Virus record (IMG/VR): IMGVR_UViG_3300046808_001241
Span: 124,001 to 188,000 of that record
Strand: one strand, 5' to 3'
DNA length: 64,000 bases
Part shown: positions 1 through 8,990 of the stretch, one piece after another
How positions within the stretch are numbered: the stretch's first letter is position 1
Layout of the letters: each line of letters opens with the position of its first letter
Position numbers and translations under genes: made by a program
The notes under the pieces: generated by a model
Database searches by the model: none
What the model was told of the DNA's origin: nothing
The model's input: the letters and a program-made list of their open reading frames with translations, nothing else

Positions 1-67
1 TGATTCCTTACATTGGAGCCCTTGCTGATATAGTAGGAGAATAAACAAATTCTATAAGTATTGAAGT

Positions 68-898
68 ATGATTTTTACTTTAATCCTTGGTTTTTGTGCT
101 CTTTTTGTTGCAGGCTGTGCTGCGTACTTTTCTGTATTGGGCATTGCAATGCTTTTTTCAGGAAGCTTTTTACAAGTAGCAATAATGGCTAGCTCTTTGG
201 AATTAGGAAAGCTTGTTGCTACTTCATACCTTTACCGTTATTGGAACAATACCACGTGGTGGCTTAAAGCATATTTGTGTATTGCTGTATTGATTTTAAT
301 GGGAATAACATCAATTGGTGTATTTGGTTATCTTTCTTCAGCTTATCAAGTAAACTCTGGAAAGTTCGAACAAATTGATACAAAAATGCAATTAATCGAA
401 ACACAGAAAGCAGCTTTAGATACGGAGATAGAACAATTAAACAAACGCACTGAAACTCTTAATGAAATTAGAATAACACAAGAACAAAGAGTTCAACAAG
501 CCGGAAACTATAAAGCTCCAAGAGAACAAGCATATGCTGCAATTGAAAAAGCAAACGAAGAAGTCAAAACAATATCTGACAAACTACAAAATCTAAGAGA
601 ACAAAGATTTCAAAAAGATAATGAAGTAATTTTATTAAAACAAGAAGTGAGTAAAGCAAAAGATATCGGAACGTTCATGTTTGTAGCAAGTGCTCTTAAT
701 AAACCTGTAGACACGATTGTAATGGTGTTTATAGCAATATTAATTTGTGTATTCGATCCTTTAGCCGTTTCTTTGGTTTTAGCATTCAATGTAGCTACAA
801 AAGGTTCTATATTAAAAGAAGAGATACAAGAACCATCAGAAGAAACTGATCCAAAATCTATAAAGATTTCTACAAAAGGAAGATTGAAGGCTCGTTAG
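68..898 (+). CDS. Membrane-anchored coiled-coil protein of a type common in T4-like phages
   Basis: Three N-terminal hydrophobic segments, a long Q/E/K-rich coiled coil and a C-terminal TM helix ending DPLAVSLVLAFN; TATAAGTA box at 53-60. Confidence 0.6.
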   Translation: MIFTLILGFCALFVAGCAAYFSVLGIAMLFSGSFLQVAIMASSLELGKLVATSYLYRYWNNTTWWLKAYLCIAVLILMGITSIGVFGYLSSAYQVNSGKFEQIDTKMQLIETQKAALDTEIEQLNKRTETLNEIRITQEQRVQQAGNYKAPREQAYAAIEKANEEVKTISDKLQNLREQRFQKDNEVILLKQEVSKAKDIGTFMFVASALNKPVDTIVMVFIAILICVFDPLAVSLVLAFNVATKGSILKEEIQEPSEETDPKSIKISTKGRLKAR

Positions 899-2025
899 AA
901 AAAATCAGCAACGATAGCATTATTGCCACCAGCTTGATTGTTTTTTACTCCAACAAATCTGTTATTAGCAACAGTCACGTCGCTGATTGCTACAGTAGTA
1001 GGTACGTTTGCGAAAGCGACCCAGCTTATTCCATCTTTTGACATTGCTTGATAGTTTACATCTATAGCGACAAAATATCCATTGTTATACGTAACTGAAT
1101 TCCAATTGCGCTTTAGATTAGGGGAAGTATAAGAAACGCCATACCAACCAATTCCGTCATTAGAGTAAGCAAATTGAAATGTTGATGTTGAACCTGAACC
1201 ACAAACAGCAACATATCTGCCACTTAACGGCAAGTTGACACTTCCGTCATAACCGTAAGCAACTTGTGTCCATGCATGACCAGTTTGCAAATTTTGACCA
1301 AGAGGAGAATTACCTACTGCATAATTGCCTCTATTCCACAAACTTCCTCCATCGTTTGAATATCCAAACTTATGATCTCCTGCCGATCCACAAGCAACTA
1401 ATCTATGATTAGGCATTTGAGAACCTTCAGCGAGATTGCCTGTATATCCTTGATTATTTGAGTTAGGAACACTGTTTACCAAAAACCCAGCAGATAGCCA
1501 ATTAACGCCGTCAGCGGAGTACATACCACACAACTGATTTGTATATCTTCCATTTTTTGAACCAATGGCTATATATCTTCCGTGATATGAACTGTATTGA
1601 CAATCGCTTGTTTCTAAGGAAGTAACAGCGGGACTAATAGTGCCTACTGTCCATCCTGTTAAAATATCAACAGAAGTATAATAATTTATAGTGCCAGATA
1701 TTGAAGCAAATTGAGTTTCAAGCATAACCCATATGTTGTTACCCCATGCTATAGCATTGTAAAATTCTGAACCTACTGCTGGATTTATCGGATTTATAGG
1801 AGTCGCCCAAGTATTTCCGTTGTCAGTTGAGTAACTGTATCTGTTAAATCCAGCTACTACAAGAGTATTCGTTGGTCCATAAACGACTTCGCTCCAAGGC
1901 CCGGTTGCTAAGTTTTTTTCAATCCAACCATACGAGGATAGCTTCCAAACAAGCGTTCCATTAAGCCAGGCTTCTTTTGCTGGCGTTCCTCCATAGCTTA
2001 TATATGTAGAATCGTTAAGTTGCAT
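895..2025 (-). CDS. BNR/Asp-box beta-propeller virion protein (putative receptor-binding protein)
   Basis: Repeated Asp-box motifs YSTDNGNTW, YSADGVNW, YSNDGGSLW, YSNDGIGW, MSKDGISW. Confidence 0.7.
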   Translation of the reverse strand: MQLNDSTYISYGGTPAKEAWLNGTLVWKLSSYGWIEKNLATGPWSEVVYGPTNTLVVAGFNRYSYSTDNGNTWATPINPINPAVGSEFYNAIAWGNNIWVMLETQFASISGTINYYTSVDILTGWTVGTISPAVTSLETSDCQYSSYHGRYIAIGSKNGRYTNQLCGMYSADGVNWLSAGFLVNSVPNSNNQGYTGNLAEGSQMPNHRLVACGSAGDHKFGYSNDGGSLWNRGNYAVGNSPLGQNLQTGHAWTQVAYGYDGSVNLPLSGRYVAVCGSGSTSTFQFAYSNDGIGWYGVSYTSPNLKRNWNSVTYNNGYFVAIDVNYQAMSKDGISWVAFANVPTTVAISDVTVANNRFVGVKNNQAGGNNAIVADFF

Positions 2026-2036
2026 AATACATATAC

Positions 2037-2822
2037 TTAAACGTAAGGAACTGATGTTTTAAAGCGATGACCGACTGACAAGTTTTCTACCAAGTTCCAT
2101 TTCCATGCAAGATAACCTTCTACCATTTCTTGATCTATCGGATTAGAGAAAGCTATGAGTTCGGCAATAAATCCATCAAGCGATTGATCTTCGTTATAGT
2201 TGCCGCCGATATTTAATGAAGTAAACGAATTGTTTGCTATGCTTCCTGAAACTAGTTGCGTCCCATTAACACGAATCGTTGATGCTGTTGAATTAAAGTA
2301 AAACGAAGTAAGATAATTGTTATTTTCTACCGCTGTTCCGTCTGGTGTTTGAATGCTTGTCGTGTTAGTTAAAATCTGAAAAGTGTCTGATGTTAGAGTT
2401 CTCCTAACAGCAATTCGCGGACTCACTGTCTCTGTTCCAGAAAAAAAGAAATCTTGATCTTCCAACGCATCATCATCAAACCGCACTATTCCAGCAATAC
2501 AGAATGGTTGAGCTTGCGTGAATGTATTGTTTTCGAGAATTTGATTTGAGGATAATGTTGTCTTTGTCCACTCCAGAACATTCAACCCATTGAGTGTCCT
2601 TGTCCCTGTATTCGGGCCAATCTTACCAACGGTTAGTGGAGCCACCGTCCATCCATTCCCTGACTTATCAAGCATCTGGGTAACTTGGTTGCCTATAGCT
2701 GTGATTGTGGAAAGGTCAGAAGCATCATACCAAAAAACCGTTGACATATTGCTTGGAGTCCATGGTATGAGATTTCCAATTGATCTGGCAGCTAAATCTA
2801 ATCCTAGACTCAGTTTAGGCAT
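2037..2822 (-). CDS. LamG/concanavalin-A-like lectin-fold virion protein
   Basis: WYDASD start, VTQMLDKSGNG, C-terminal DGFIAELIAF...EMVEGYLAWKW pattern typical of phage ConA-like domains. Confidence 0.7.
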   Translation of the reverse strand: MPKLSLGLDLAARSIGNLIPWTPSNMSTVFWYDASDLSTITAIGNQVTQMLDKSGNGWTVAPLTVGKIGPNTGTRTLNGLNVLEWTKTTLSSNQILENNTFTQAQPFCIAGIVRFDDDALEDQDFFFSGTETVSPRIAVRRTLTSDTFQILTNTTSIQTPDGTAVENNNYLTSFYFNSTASTIRVNGTQLVSGSIANNSFTSLNIGGNYNEDQSLDGFIAELIAFSNPIDQEMVEGYLAWKWNLVENLSVGHRFKTSVPYV

Positions 2823-2825
2823 GGC

Positions 2826-3443
2826 TTAAAGTTTGTAAACTATGACTGCTCCATAGGTCAGACTCAAAGAAGTAATGGGACCATTAAACGTAAAGTTCAA
2901 AGGCAATTCATAATTCGTTAGTCCTGTCGTTGTAGAGTTTGTAGCAGAAAGAGTTGCTAGCCTACACGATGAAACAACTTGTATTGTAGTAAATTGTCCA
3001 TTAACAACTCCGTCTGTTGGTTGTACAAAGACAAATCCTGACTGACCTAATTGACTGTTTAATTTAGCCGACAAATCGTGAAGCAAACTTTCTACTCCAT
3101 CTACACTAACTTCTAATTGATCAGTGTTTAAATCTACTTCGATCGCAGAACTGGTAATTGAATGAAGAAGAGTAATGATTTGGTTTTGTTTATCAACTTG
3201 TATAGAAGTAAGCTCATCCAATAATGTATTTGTTCCTGTTGCTAAATTTTCTAAAGCAGAAGTATCAACAGTAACACTTCCAGCTGACAAAGAAATATCG
3301 CTAGCATTTGCTAAATATGTTGCTCTAGCATAAAGAGGTCGGTTGGCTCCTTCTACAGGAACCCAAGAAAAAGTTTCAGCCATTCCAACGTTGTATGTTG
3401 GAGGAGCAGTCGGTGTAGCAGTTAAAACAGGAGTTAAGGCCAT
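2826..3443 (-). CDS. Virion structural protein; N-terminal paralog of 48281..50095
   Basis: Shares P(T/S)YNVGMAETFSWVPVE..NRPL.AR..Y..N.SD with 48281..50095; TATAAATA at 3450-3457. Confidence 0.55.
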   Translation of the reverse strand: MALTPVLTATPTAPPTYNVGMAETFSWVPVEGANRPLYARATYLANASDISLSAGSVTVDTSALENLATGTNTLLDELTSIQVDKQNQIITLLHSITSSAIEVDLNTDQLEVSVDGVESLLHDLSAKLNSQLGQSGFVFVQPTDGVVNGQFTTIQVVSSCRLATLSATNSTTTGLTNYELPLNFTFNGPITSLSLTYGAVIVYKL

Positions 3444-3449
3444 ATAGCT

Positions 3450-3457
3450 TATTTATA
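3450..3457 (-). promoter_or_regulatory. T4-type late promoter TATAAATA (exemplar of many ATAA(A/G/T)TA boxes in the window)
   Basis: Exact TATAAATA 6 nt before the ATG at 3443; the related box recurs upstream of most late genes. Confidence 0.7.
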
Positions 3458-3466
3458 TAAAATTCC

Positions 3467-3494
3467 TTGATTTTCATCAAATGAAGTGTAATAT
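3467..3494 (+). promoter_or_regulatory. Possible sigma70-type early/middle promoter
   Basis: TTGATT-16nt-TAATAT just upstream of the ATG at 3501. Confidence 0.4.
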
Positions 3495-3500
3495 TTACTC

Positions 3501-3767
3501 ATGCCTACAAACAAAGACACACTAAAAGACCTCCTTAAGCGCAAAGTTGTTCAAATTACCTTTAAAAAGAAAGACGGAACAGAACGAGTAATGAAATGCA
3601 CCCTTCAAGAAGACCTTGTTCCAATTTATGAGAAAAAGACAGAGCGTGTTAAAAAACAGAATGATGAAACGCTAGCCGTTTGGGATCTAGAGAAAGATTC
3701 GTTCCGATCTTTTAAGGTTGATTCCGTAATCGATTATCAATCAATAGAAGAAGGTTACGAACTTTAA
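3501..3767 (+). CDS. WYL_2/DUF2693-like Sm/SH3 beta-barrel protein
   Basis: VVQITFKKKDGTERVMKCTL...LAVWDLEKDSFRSFK matches the family pattern. Confidence 0.75.
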   Translation: MPTNKDTLKDLLKRKVVQITFKKKDGTERVMKCTLQEDLVPIYEKKTERVKKQNDETLAVWDLEKDSFRSFKVDSVIDYQSIEEGYEL

Positions 3768-5659
3768 GACAGCTCTGTAAGCTGAGCTCCTACGGACGCT
3801 ACTGTCGAACAATTTTTAAGTCTCTTCCAAATAGAATTCGAACCAATTTCTGTAACATCGAAGTTAAGAAGACTATCAATACTTAAAATAGCTTGACCTG
3901 TAGTATTATCTACAGGGATGTTATAACTAACAGAACTTGCAGAAGGAACATAACAACTTCCAGTTAAATTTCCTCCAGCATATGAAATTCCATATCTTAC
4001 ATCTCCAGAAAGAGGGTATAGATTGGTCGCAGATGTGGCATCAATTAAAGTTCTAGTTGTGTTGTAGTCGTCTGGATCTTTCAATGTAATTTGAACGTTA
4101 TTAATATTTTTGTTTAAAAACAAAGGACCGGATATTGGAAAGTTTCCTTGCGATCCAACTTCGATCTCTTCGACAATAAATTTTGCAGTTATACCTGCAG
4201 CTAGTCCAGCAAAAGCATCTCGTTGTGCTCCAGCGACTGCCGTTATGCCATAATCATTGCCGATGACTTTTTTAATATAAACTGATCCAGCAGCGGCTCG
4301 AATTCCACAGCCTGTGATTCCACCATAAACGTTTCCTACAACTGTTGTAGTTGATGTCGTTCCTGTTTGGTTTACTGAGTAGTTAGTCTCAGCTGTAGGG
4401 GAAGCGAAGTTCTGATCTTTGCCATAGACGTTTCCTGTAATATTTAAAGTTCCGGCTGAATTTGTAATGTTTGTAATATTTGATGCATTATTTGCTGGAT
4501 GAGTGTCATATATGTTTCCTGTAAAATTAAGAACAGCAGAAGCGTTGTTCAGGGCTATGTCTCCGTTACTAGGAGCATCTATAATATCCGTGTCTCCAGT
4601 TACATTTACTGTTGAAGCTCCAGTTATATTTAAACCATACGAAGTGCCAGCGAGTGTCCAATTGTTAATGCTTGTATTCGGACCGCCCTCAACATTTCCT
4701 GTAATGTTAACTGAGTTAGAACCTGTGACGTTTACTGCATGTTTTCCGGTGAGGTTGTTTGTCAAATATTTTGATCTTCCTCCAACGCAATTTCCAACGA
4801 TGTTTACATTCGCAGCAGAACTCCCAGCTAATACTACTCCAATTTGATTTGAGACAGTTCCAGATCCACCGTCAACGTTTCCGTAAATGTTTACGTCTCC
4901 AGTTACATTGTTTAAATTCAATGCTGCACTAGCTCCTCCATCAGATGCTCCATAACAATTGCCGTTGATTGTTAAATTACCTTGTGTATTTGAAGGAAAA
5001 GATACTCCAATTCCATAAGAACCATACACATTACCATCGATCGTTATTGTTCCATAAGTAGATGAAGTATTGTTGTGTCTTATACTATAAGCAGTAGCAC
5101 TAGTTCCGCTACCACTGACATTTCCTGTAATAGTTAAATTGCCATCAGATACATTCACTATGCTAGCACAATAAGCTTGAATTCCTCCATTAACGTTTCC
5201 TGTTAAACTGATTGTTCCAGAGGAAGAATTTCTGATTGCTTCGGCGTGTTGTCCGTTTGTATTGTTTGTAGTGTTAAGTGTTACATTTCCGCCAGTAACG
5301 GTTCCTGATACAGATACGGTTCCATTACCAAGATTGTCCAATGCTCTGCCCAACGCTGCTGTCCCACCTATGACGTTTCCATTAATGGTAGGACTGGCAT
5401 CATTTGATACTTCCAAACAAACGGTAGTACCTGTTTGAACGTTTGCTTTTATTATTACATTGCTATCAACCACAAACTTTCCACCAGCAGAGGCTCCATT
5501 TTCTGCAATATTAGAAATTTTAGCTACGGTAATATTGGTATCGATAGTAACAGTATATGTGTTACTATAAACATTATCAACAGAAGTAGGAACAACTCCC
5601 CCAACCCAAGTTGTTGTATTCGAAAAAATTCCAGTTTGTGCTGCTCTTATATTAGCCAT
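3764..5659 (-). CDS. Right-handed beta-helix fibre/spike protein
   Basis: N-terminal TW.GGVVP...D.V motif, G/N/T-rich ITGNV.GG repeats, C-terminal DVRYG.SY.G..LTG...VP motif. Confidence 0.7.
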   Translation of the reverse strand: MANIRAAQTGIFSNTTTWVGGVVPTSVDNVYSNTYTVTIDTNITVAKISNIAENGASAGGKFVVDSNVIIKANVQTGTTVCLEVSNDASPTINGNVIGGTAALGRALDNLGNGTVSVSGTVTGGNVTLNTTNNTNGQHAEAIRNSSSGTISLTGNVNGGIQAYCASIVNVSDGNLTITGNVSGSGTSATAYSIRHNNTSSTYGTITIDGNVYGSYGIGVSFPSNTQGNLTINGNCYGASDGGASAALNLNNVTGDVNIYGNVDGGSGTVSNQIGVVLAGSSAANVNIVGNCVGGRSKYLTNNLTGKHAVNVTGSNSVNITGNVEGGPNTSINNWTLAGTSYGLNITGASTVNVTGDTDIIDAPSNGDIALNNASAVLNFTGNIYDTHPANNASNITNITNSAGTLNITGNVYGKDQNFASPTAETNYSVNQTGTTSTTTVVGNVYGGITGCGIRAAAGSVYIKKVIGNDYGITAVAGAQRDAFAGLAAGITAKFIVEEIEVGSQGNFPISGPLFLNKNINNVQITLKDPDDYNTTRTLIDATSATNLYPLSGDVRYGISYAGGNLTGSCYVPSASSVSYNIPVDNTTGQAILSIDSLLNFDVTEIGSNSIWKRLKNCSTVASVGAQLTELS

Positions 5660-5662
5660 GTA

Positions 5663-5947
5663 TTAGAGTCCCTTTACGTTGATGTAGTTTTGAATAGCAT
5701 TATAAATTTGTGAAACGGCTTGCTGTTCTTCTAAACTAGCTGTATTTAAACTTCCTAACAAAATGCTCTTGTAATCAGAATCCTTCTTAACTACATTTCC
5801 TTCTTCGTCGATCCTTGTGGGAATTAGCCTTAAAGCAGCATTGGCTTCAAAATTGCCTCCCTTTTTATAAAAAGAAGTAATAGATAAATTTGCGCAATAT
5901 TTTGGATATTCAACTCCGTCTATAATGGTTGGTGTAGATGCATTCAT
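5663..5947 (-). CDS. Hypothetical protein
   Basis: 94-aa ORF packed between fibre genes with a TAAATA-like box upstream. Confidence 0.55.
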   Translation of the reverse strand: MNASTPTIIDGVEYPKYCANLSITSFYKKGGNFEANAALRLIPTRIDEEGNVVKKDSDYKSILLGSLNTASLEEQQAVSQIYNAIQNYINVKGL

Positions 5948-5966
5948 ATTGATATTTAATTTTTTA

Positions 5967-6815
5967 TTAAGAATAAATGGCAGTTAACCTGCCTGTCCAG
6001 TTTGCGTTGTTTACAGTTTGTGTAGAAGAAACAGTTCCTACATCTGTATATGTTAGTTTAGAAATATTCCAAGCTGGTTCGTTTTCTAAAGATCCTACGG
6101 GGGCATTTCCGCAATAAGAAACACTATAAGAACTGTATTCGACGTAGTCGTGTTTTTTTAAAGTTTGTTGAGAACTTCCCCAATTTGAGGAGTTTGTTTG
6201 AACAATAGTATAAGTGTCTTGCCAAACAGACGTAAGAGCTCTGACTTCAGTGTCTTGGCCTGCAATTCCTTCAGCAATAATTCCAGTTAACCCTGAACCG
6301 TCTCCATAAATCTTTCCAGCAGCTGTTAAGTTATTAACATATGTGAACCCGGAAAGATGAGATGTAATATTAGAACCCAGAATAAACGACTCGGAATGGT
6401 TTAATGTGTTATTGACGCCTCCTAAAATTGCTCCAAAGTCCCCTCCGGTCAATATTGTGTTATTAGAACCATTTCCTATTAATGCATAGTCTGCTTCAAT
6501 ATCATTATCCGATCCATTGATGACTGTTGAACCGGCTCCAGAGACGTCGTTGTTTACTCCTCCCAGAACTCCTGCTAAAAGTCCTGTAACTGTATTCGAC
6601 CCATATTGATAATTTGAAGAGCTTAGGCTTACATCAAGAGTATAAGGTTGTTGCTCAGCGTTTAAAAACGTTTTAACCGTGTTATTAGTAGCTTTAGTAA
6701 ACAGTTTTCCGTCTGCTGTATTGACTGCAATTTCCCCAGCCGACAACGAAGCAGTAGCAGGAACCACCCCACTGTTGGAATTTCGTTTATGAAGAATCGT
6801 CGACGGAGCAGACAT
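5967..6815 (-). CDS. Fibre protein with Mtd_N-like N-terminal domain
   Basis: TILHKRNSNSGVVPATASLSAGEIAVNTADGKLF; short GG..N beta-repeats; AATAAATA at 6822-6829. Confidence 0.7.
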   Translation of the reverse strand: MSAPSTILHKRNSNSGVVPATASLSAGEIAVNTADGKLFTKATNNTVKTFLNAEQQPYTLDVSLSSSNYQYGSNTVTGLLAGVLGGVNNDVSGAGSTVINGSDNDIEADYALIGNGSNNTILTGGDFGAILGGVNNTLNHSESFILGSNITSHLSGFTYVNNLTAAGKIYGDGSGLTGIIAEGIAGQDTEVRALTSVWQDTYTIVQTNSSNWGSSQQTLKKHDYVEYSSYSVSYCGNAPVGSLENEPAWNISKLTYTDVGTVSSTQTVNNANWTGRLTAIYS

Positions 6816-6820
6816 CTGAG

Positions 6821-6964
6821 TTATTTATTACTTTTTAATTCAGATTTACACAGAAGTTCTTGTTTGATCTGCTTAATCTTTGGCTTAACAGTGGTTACTT
6901 TTTGCAACTCCGCAGATTGAGTTGTAATAGATTTAATAAAAATGTTTTTAAAAATTTCAAACAT
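6821..6964 (-). CDS. Small 47-aa basic ORF missing from the supplied track
   Basis: MFEIFKNIFIKSITTQSAELQKVTTVKPKIKQIKQELLCKSELKSNK fills the gap exactly; AATAAGTA box at 6970-6977. Confidence 0.55.
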   Translation of the reverse strand: MFEIFKNIFIKSITTQSAELQKVTTVKPKIKQIKQELLCKSELKSNK

Positions 6965-6975
6965 AGGAATACTTA

Positions 6976-7161
6976 TTAAAAGGTACCCATGTCTGTTATG
7001 GTGTTTCCTGAAAGATTTTGAGATTCTGAAGAGCCAATATAAAGAGTTCCTCCTACCTCATTGACTGCCAACTCCCCAGGACGCAGCATTGGAGGAGGTC
7101 CTGGAGCTCCACTTACTCGTCTTTTGATTAAAATTGTGCAATACTTTCTTTGTTCTTCCAT
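6976..7161 (-). CDS. Stand-alone Mtd_N-like mini-protein
   Basis: TILIKRRVSGAPGPPPMLRPGELAVNEVGGTLYIG, close to the N-terminus of 12800..15451; ends TDMGTF. Confidence 0.7.
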   Translation of the reverse strand: MEEQRKYCTILIKRRVSGAPGPPPMLRPGELAVNEVGGTLYIGSSESQNLSGNTITDMGTF

Positions 7162-7413
7162 CTAACTACTTAAGTTTTGACTCTGGAGAGACATCATATG
7201 TTCATCTTGAAACATACTTTTGTACGGTTCATCACAATCTTCTGAGATAATCCAACCGAGTTCATTCAGAGCTTCTTCCAATGCAAGTTCGTAAGAAAGA
7301 GAGTTCAGCACAATAGTTTTAGGTGACTCGTCTTTCGAAGTTATTGTAAAAATTTTTCTTGGCATAATTGTTTTAGCTTTTTTTTGATAAGCTCTATTAA
7401 TTGTTCGTCCCAA
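7162..7413 (-). CDS. Hypothetical protein
   Basis: ORF abuts the next gene; real start may be the internal MPRKIF. Confidence 0.45.
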   Translation of the reverse strand: MGRTINRAYQKKAKTIMPRKIFTITSKDESPKTIVLNSLSYELALEEALNELGWIISEDCDEPYKSMFQDEHMMSLQSQNLSS

Positions 7414-7450
7414 AATTTAAAAATTTCTCATGAAATATTTAAGCTAATTA

Positions 7451-7730
7451 ATGTGAGACAGAAAATGTAAATACTTTAATGACGGGATTGATTACGAAGT
7501 CAAATATAAAAAAGGCATTGAACTCGAAAAAAATTGAAAAGACGAACACGAAATCGCCAAAAACCTCAATCGAGTATCGAGATTGCTTTTGTACTTAAAT
7601 ACCAGACATGTTTGATGTTCTTGTATATTGTTTAGAAGAATACGAAAAACGCTTGGATTCTAGAGACTCAATGTGTGATCTCGTAGACGATAAAAATCAA
7701 AAAGATATTAATAATATATATATGCAATAA
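7451..7730 (+). pseudogene. Probable decayed gene
   Basis: One frame reads M*DRKCKYFNDGIDYEVKYKKGIELEKN*KDEHEIAKNLNRVSRLLLYL with TGA stops; a shifted frame continues PDMFDVLVYCLEEYEKRLDSRD to TAA at 7728-7730. Confidence 0.35.
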
Positions 7731-7768
7731 AACAGCTTTCTCAAAATATTATAAAACGTTTTGATGCT

Positions 7769-7957
7769 CTAGTGAAAATCCCTTAGGTAGCTTTTAGGTT
7801 CGTCTGCAGAACCTTCAGAATCTGCAACGTCGCTTGTGCTTTCATAATCATCCTCTGCATAATGTCCATAATGTTGTTTGTATAATTCAGGAAAAAGAGT
7901 ATAGATTTCAACTCTCATGCAATATTCAGCGTCATCTTCCCATTCAAACTGTTTCAT
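7769..7957 (-). CDS. Small acidic hypothetical protein
   Basis: 62-aa ORF following the glycan operon. Confidence 0.5.
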   Translation of the reverse strand: MKQFEWEDDAEYCMRVEIYTLFPELYKQHYGHYAEDDYESTSDVADSEGSADEPKSYLRDFH

Positions 7958-7969
7958 AAATTCTATTAT

Positions 7970-8801
7970 TCACACTATATCTTCAACCTTCAAATCCCTT
8001 CCTTTAAAGTTTCTGTAGTCTAAATTAGGAAACGTTTTTGTGAAAAAATTAAACTGTCTTGGGTCTACGCTATCGAACCCTGGATACTCTAAATTCGCAA
8101 TAGGATAAACAGACCTGTCTATGTCCAATATTTTGTATAACCTGTTTATCGTCTCTGTAAAATAACATTCATTCATATGATTATGAGAAACACATAATAA
8201 TTTGTTTTGAAATTCTTTTTCTATATAATCACACATATTAATCCGATTATCATATAAATCAGATTCTTCTTTATATCTTTGCCTGTTTTCGTTTCTATAT
8301 TTTTGATAATTTAGATTAAATGGATATTCATTTTTCAATATTGCAGCAAGAGCAGGATCCTCGGATTTTTGGAGATAGTTTATTATTTCTTCGGCATTAT
8401 TTGCTTTAGTTTTAACGTATTCTATGTACGGAGAAAATCGCCTTGCATCTGTTAAATGAGCAAAAAACCGAGTATCCGGAATACAAATTTTTAAACCGGT
8501 TGCTATTGTATCATGTAAGTAGGTTGTTTTGAGTTCATCTATTACTGATGTTCCAGAGTGATCTTGAAATACAAAAATCTCAGCCTCTCTAATTTTAGAA
8601 TGAATACAGTCCTTATAGATTTCTTGAGCTTCTCTGTTTTCAGGAGACCACACAGCAAAGACACCATGTTCGTTCCAAAAAGGTTTCAAACCACAGTCCT
8701 TGCAAAGTTGAACGTCAAATTTATCCGACAATTTTAATCTAAAATGTTTGGCGACAACTCCAATTTGGCAGTTGCCATAAAATAATATCTTTTTTTTTCA
8801 T
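7970..8801 (-). CDS. WcbI-like polysaccharide biosynthesis protein, frameshifted at an A9 tract after its ATG
   Basis: ATG at 8801-8799 then 9 A (8798-8790); with 8 A it reads MKKKILFYGNCQIGVVAKHF and joins ORF 7970..8731. GNCQ, FVFQ, I.IP...F and HNH resemble WcbI-family motifs. Confidence 0.65.
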
Positions 8802-8804
8802 TGG

Positions 8805-8990
8805 TTAATTATAATTTGCCAGCTTGCTGATTTGACTTTCCAAAAAAATTATATGCTGGATAAAATCATATTTTTCGCATATAATTGCTTCGAGTTCTTG
8901 TCTTAATTTTATATTTTGATTTTCAATAGACAAACTGTCTATTTCCTCAAATAGTAATTTATCGATTACTGGTGAATCTCCAAAGGTCAT
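8805..8990 (-). CDS. Small coiled-coil hypothetical protein
   Basis: 61-aa ORF overlapping the upstream stop by 4 nt. Confidence 0.5.
   Translation of the reverse strand: MTFGDSPVIDKLLFEEIDSLSIENQNIKLRQELEAIICEKYDFIQHIIFLESQISKLANYN

Noticed and set aside
7451-7663. Genome-wide TGA-to-Trp recoding
   Set aside because: TGA ends many coupled genes (e.g. 40153, 43913, 60243, 60977, 61756), Trp is encoded by TGG, and standard-code coding density is already very high.
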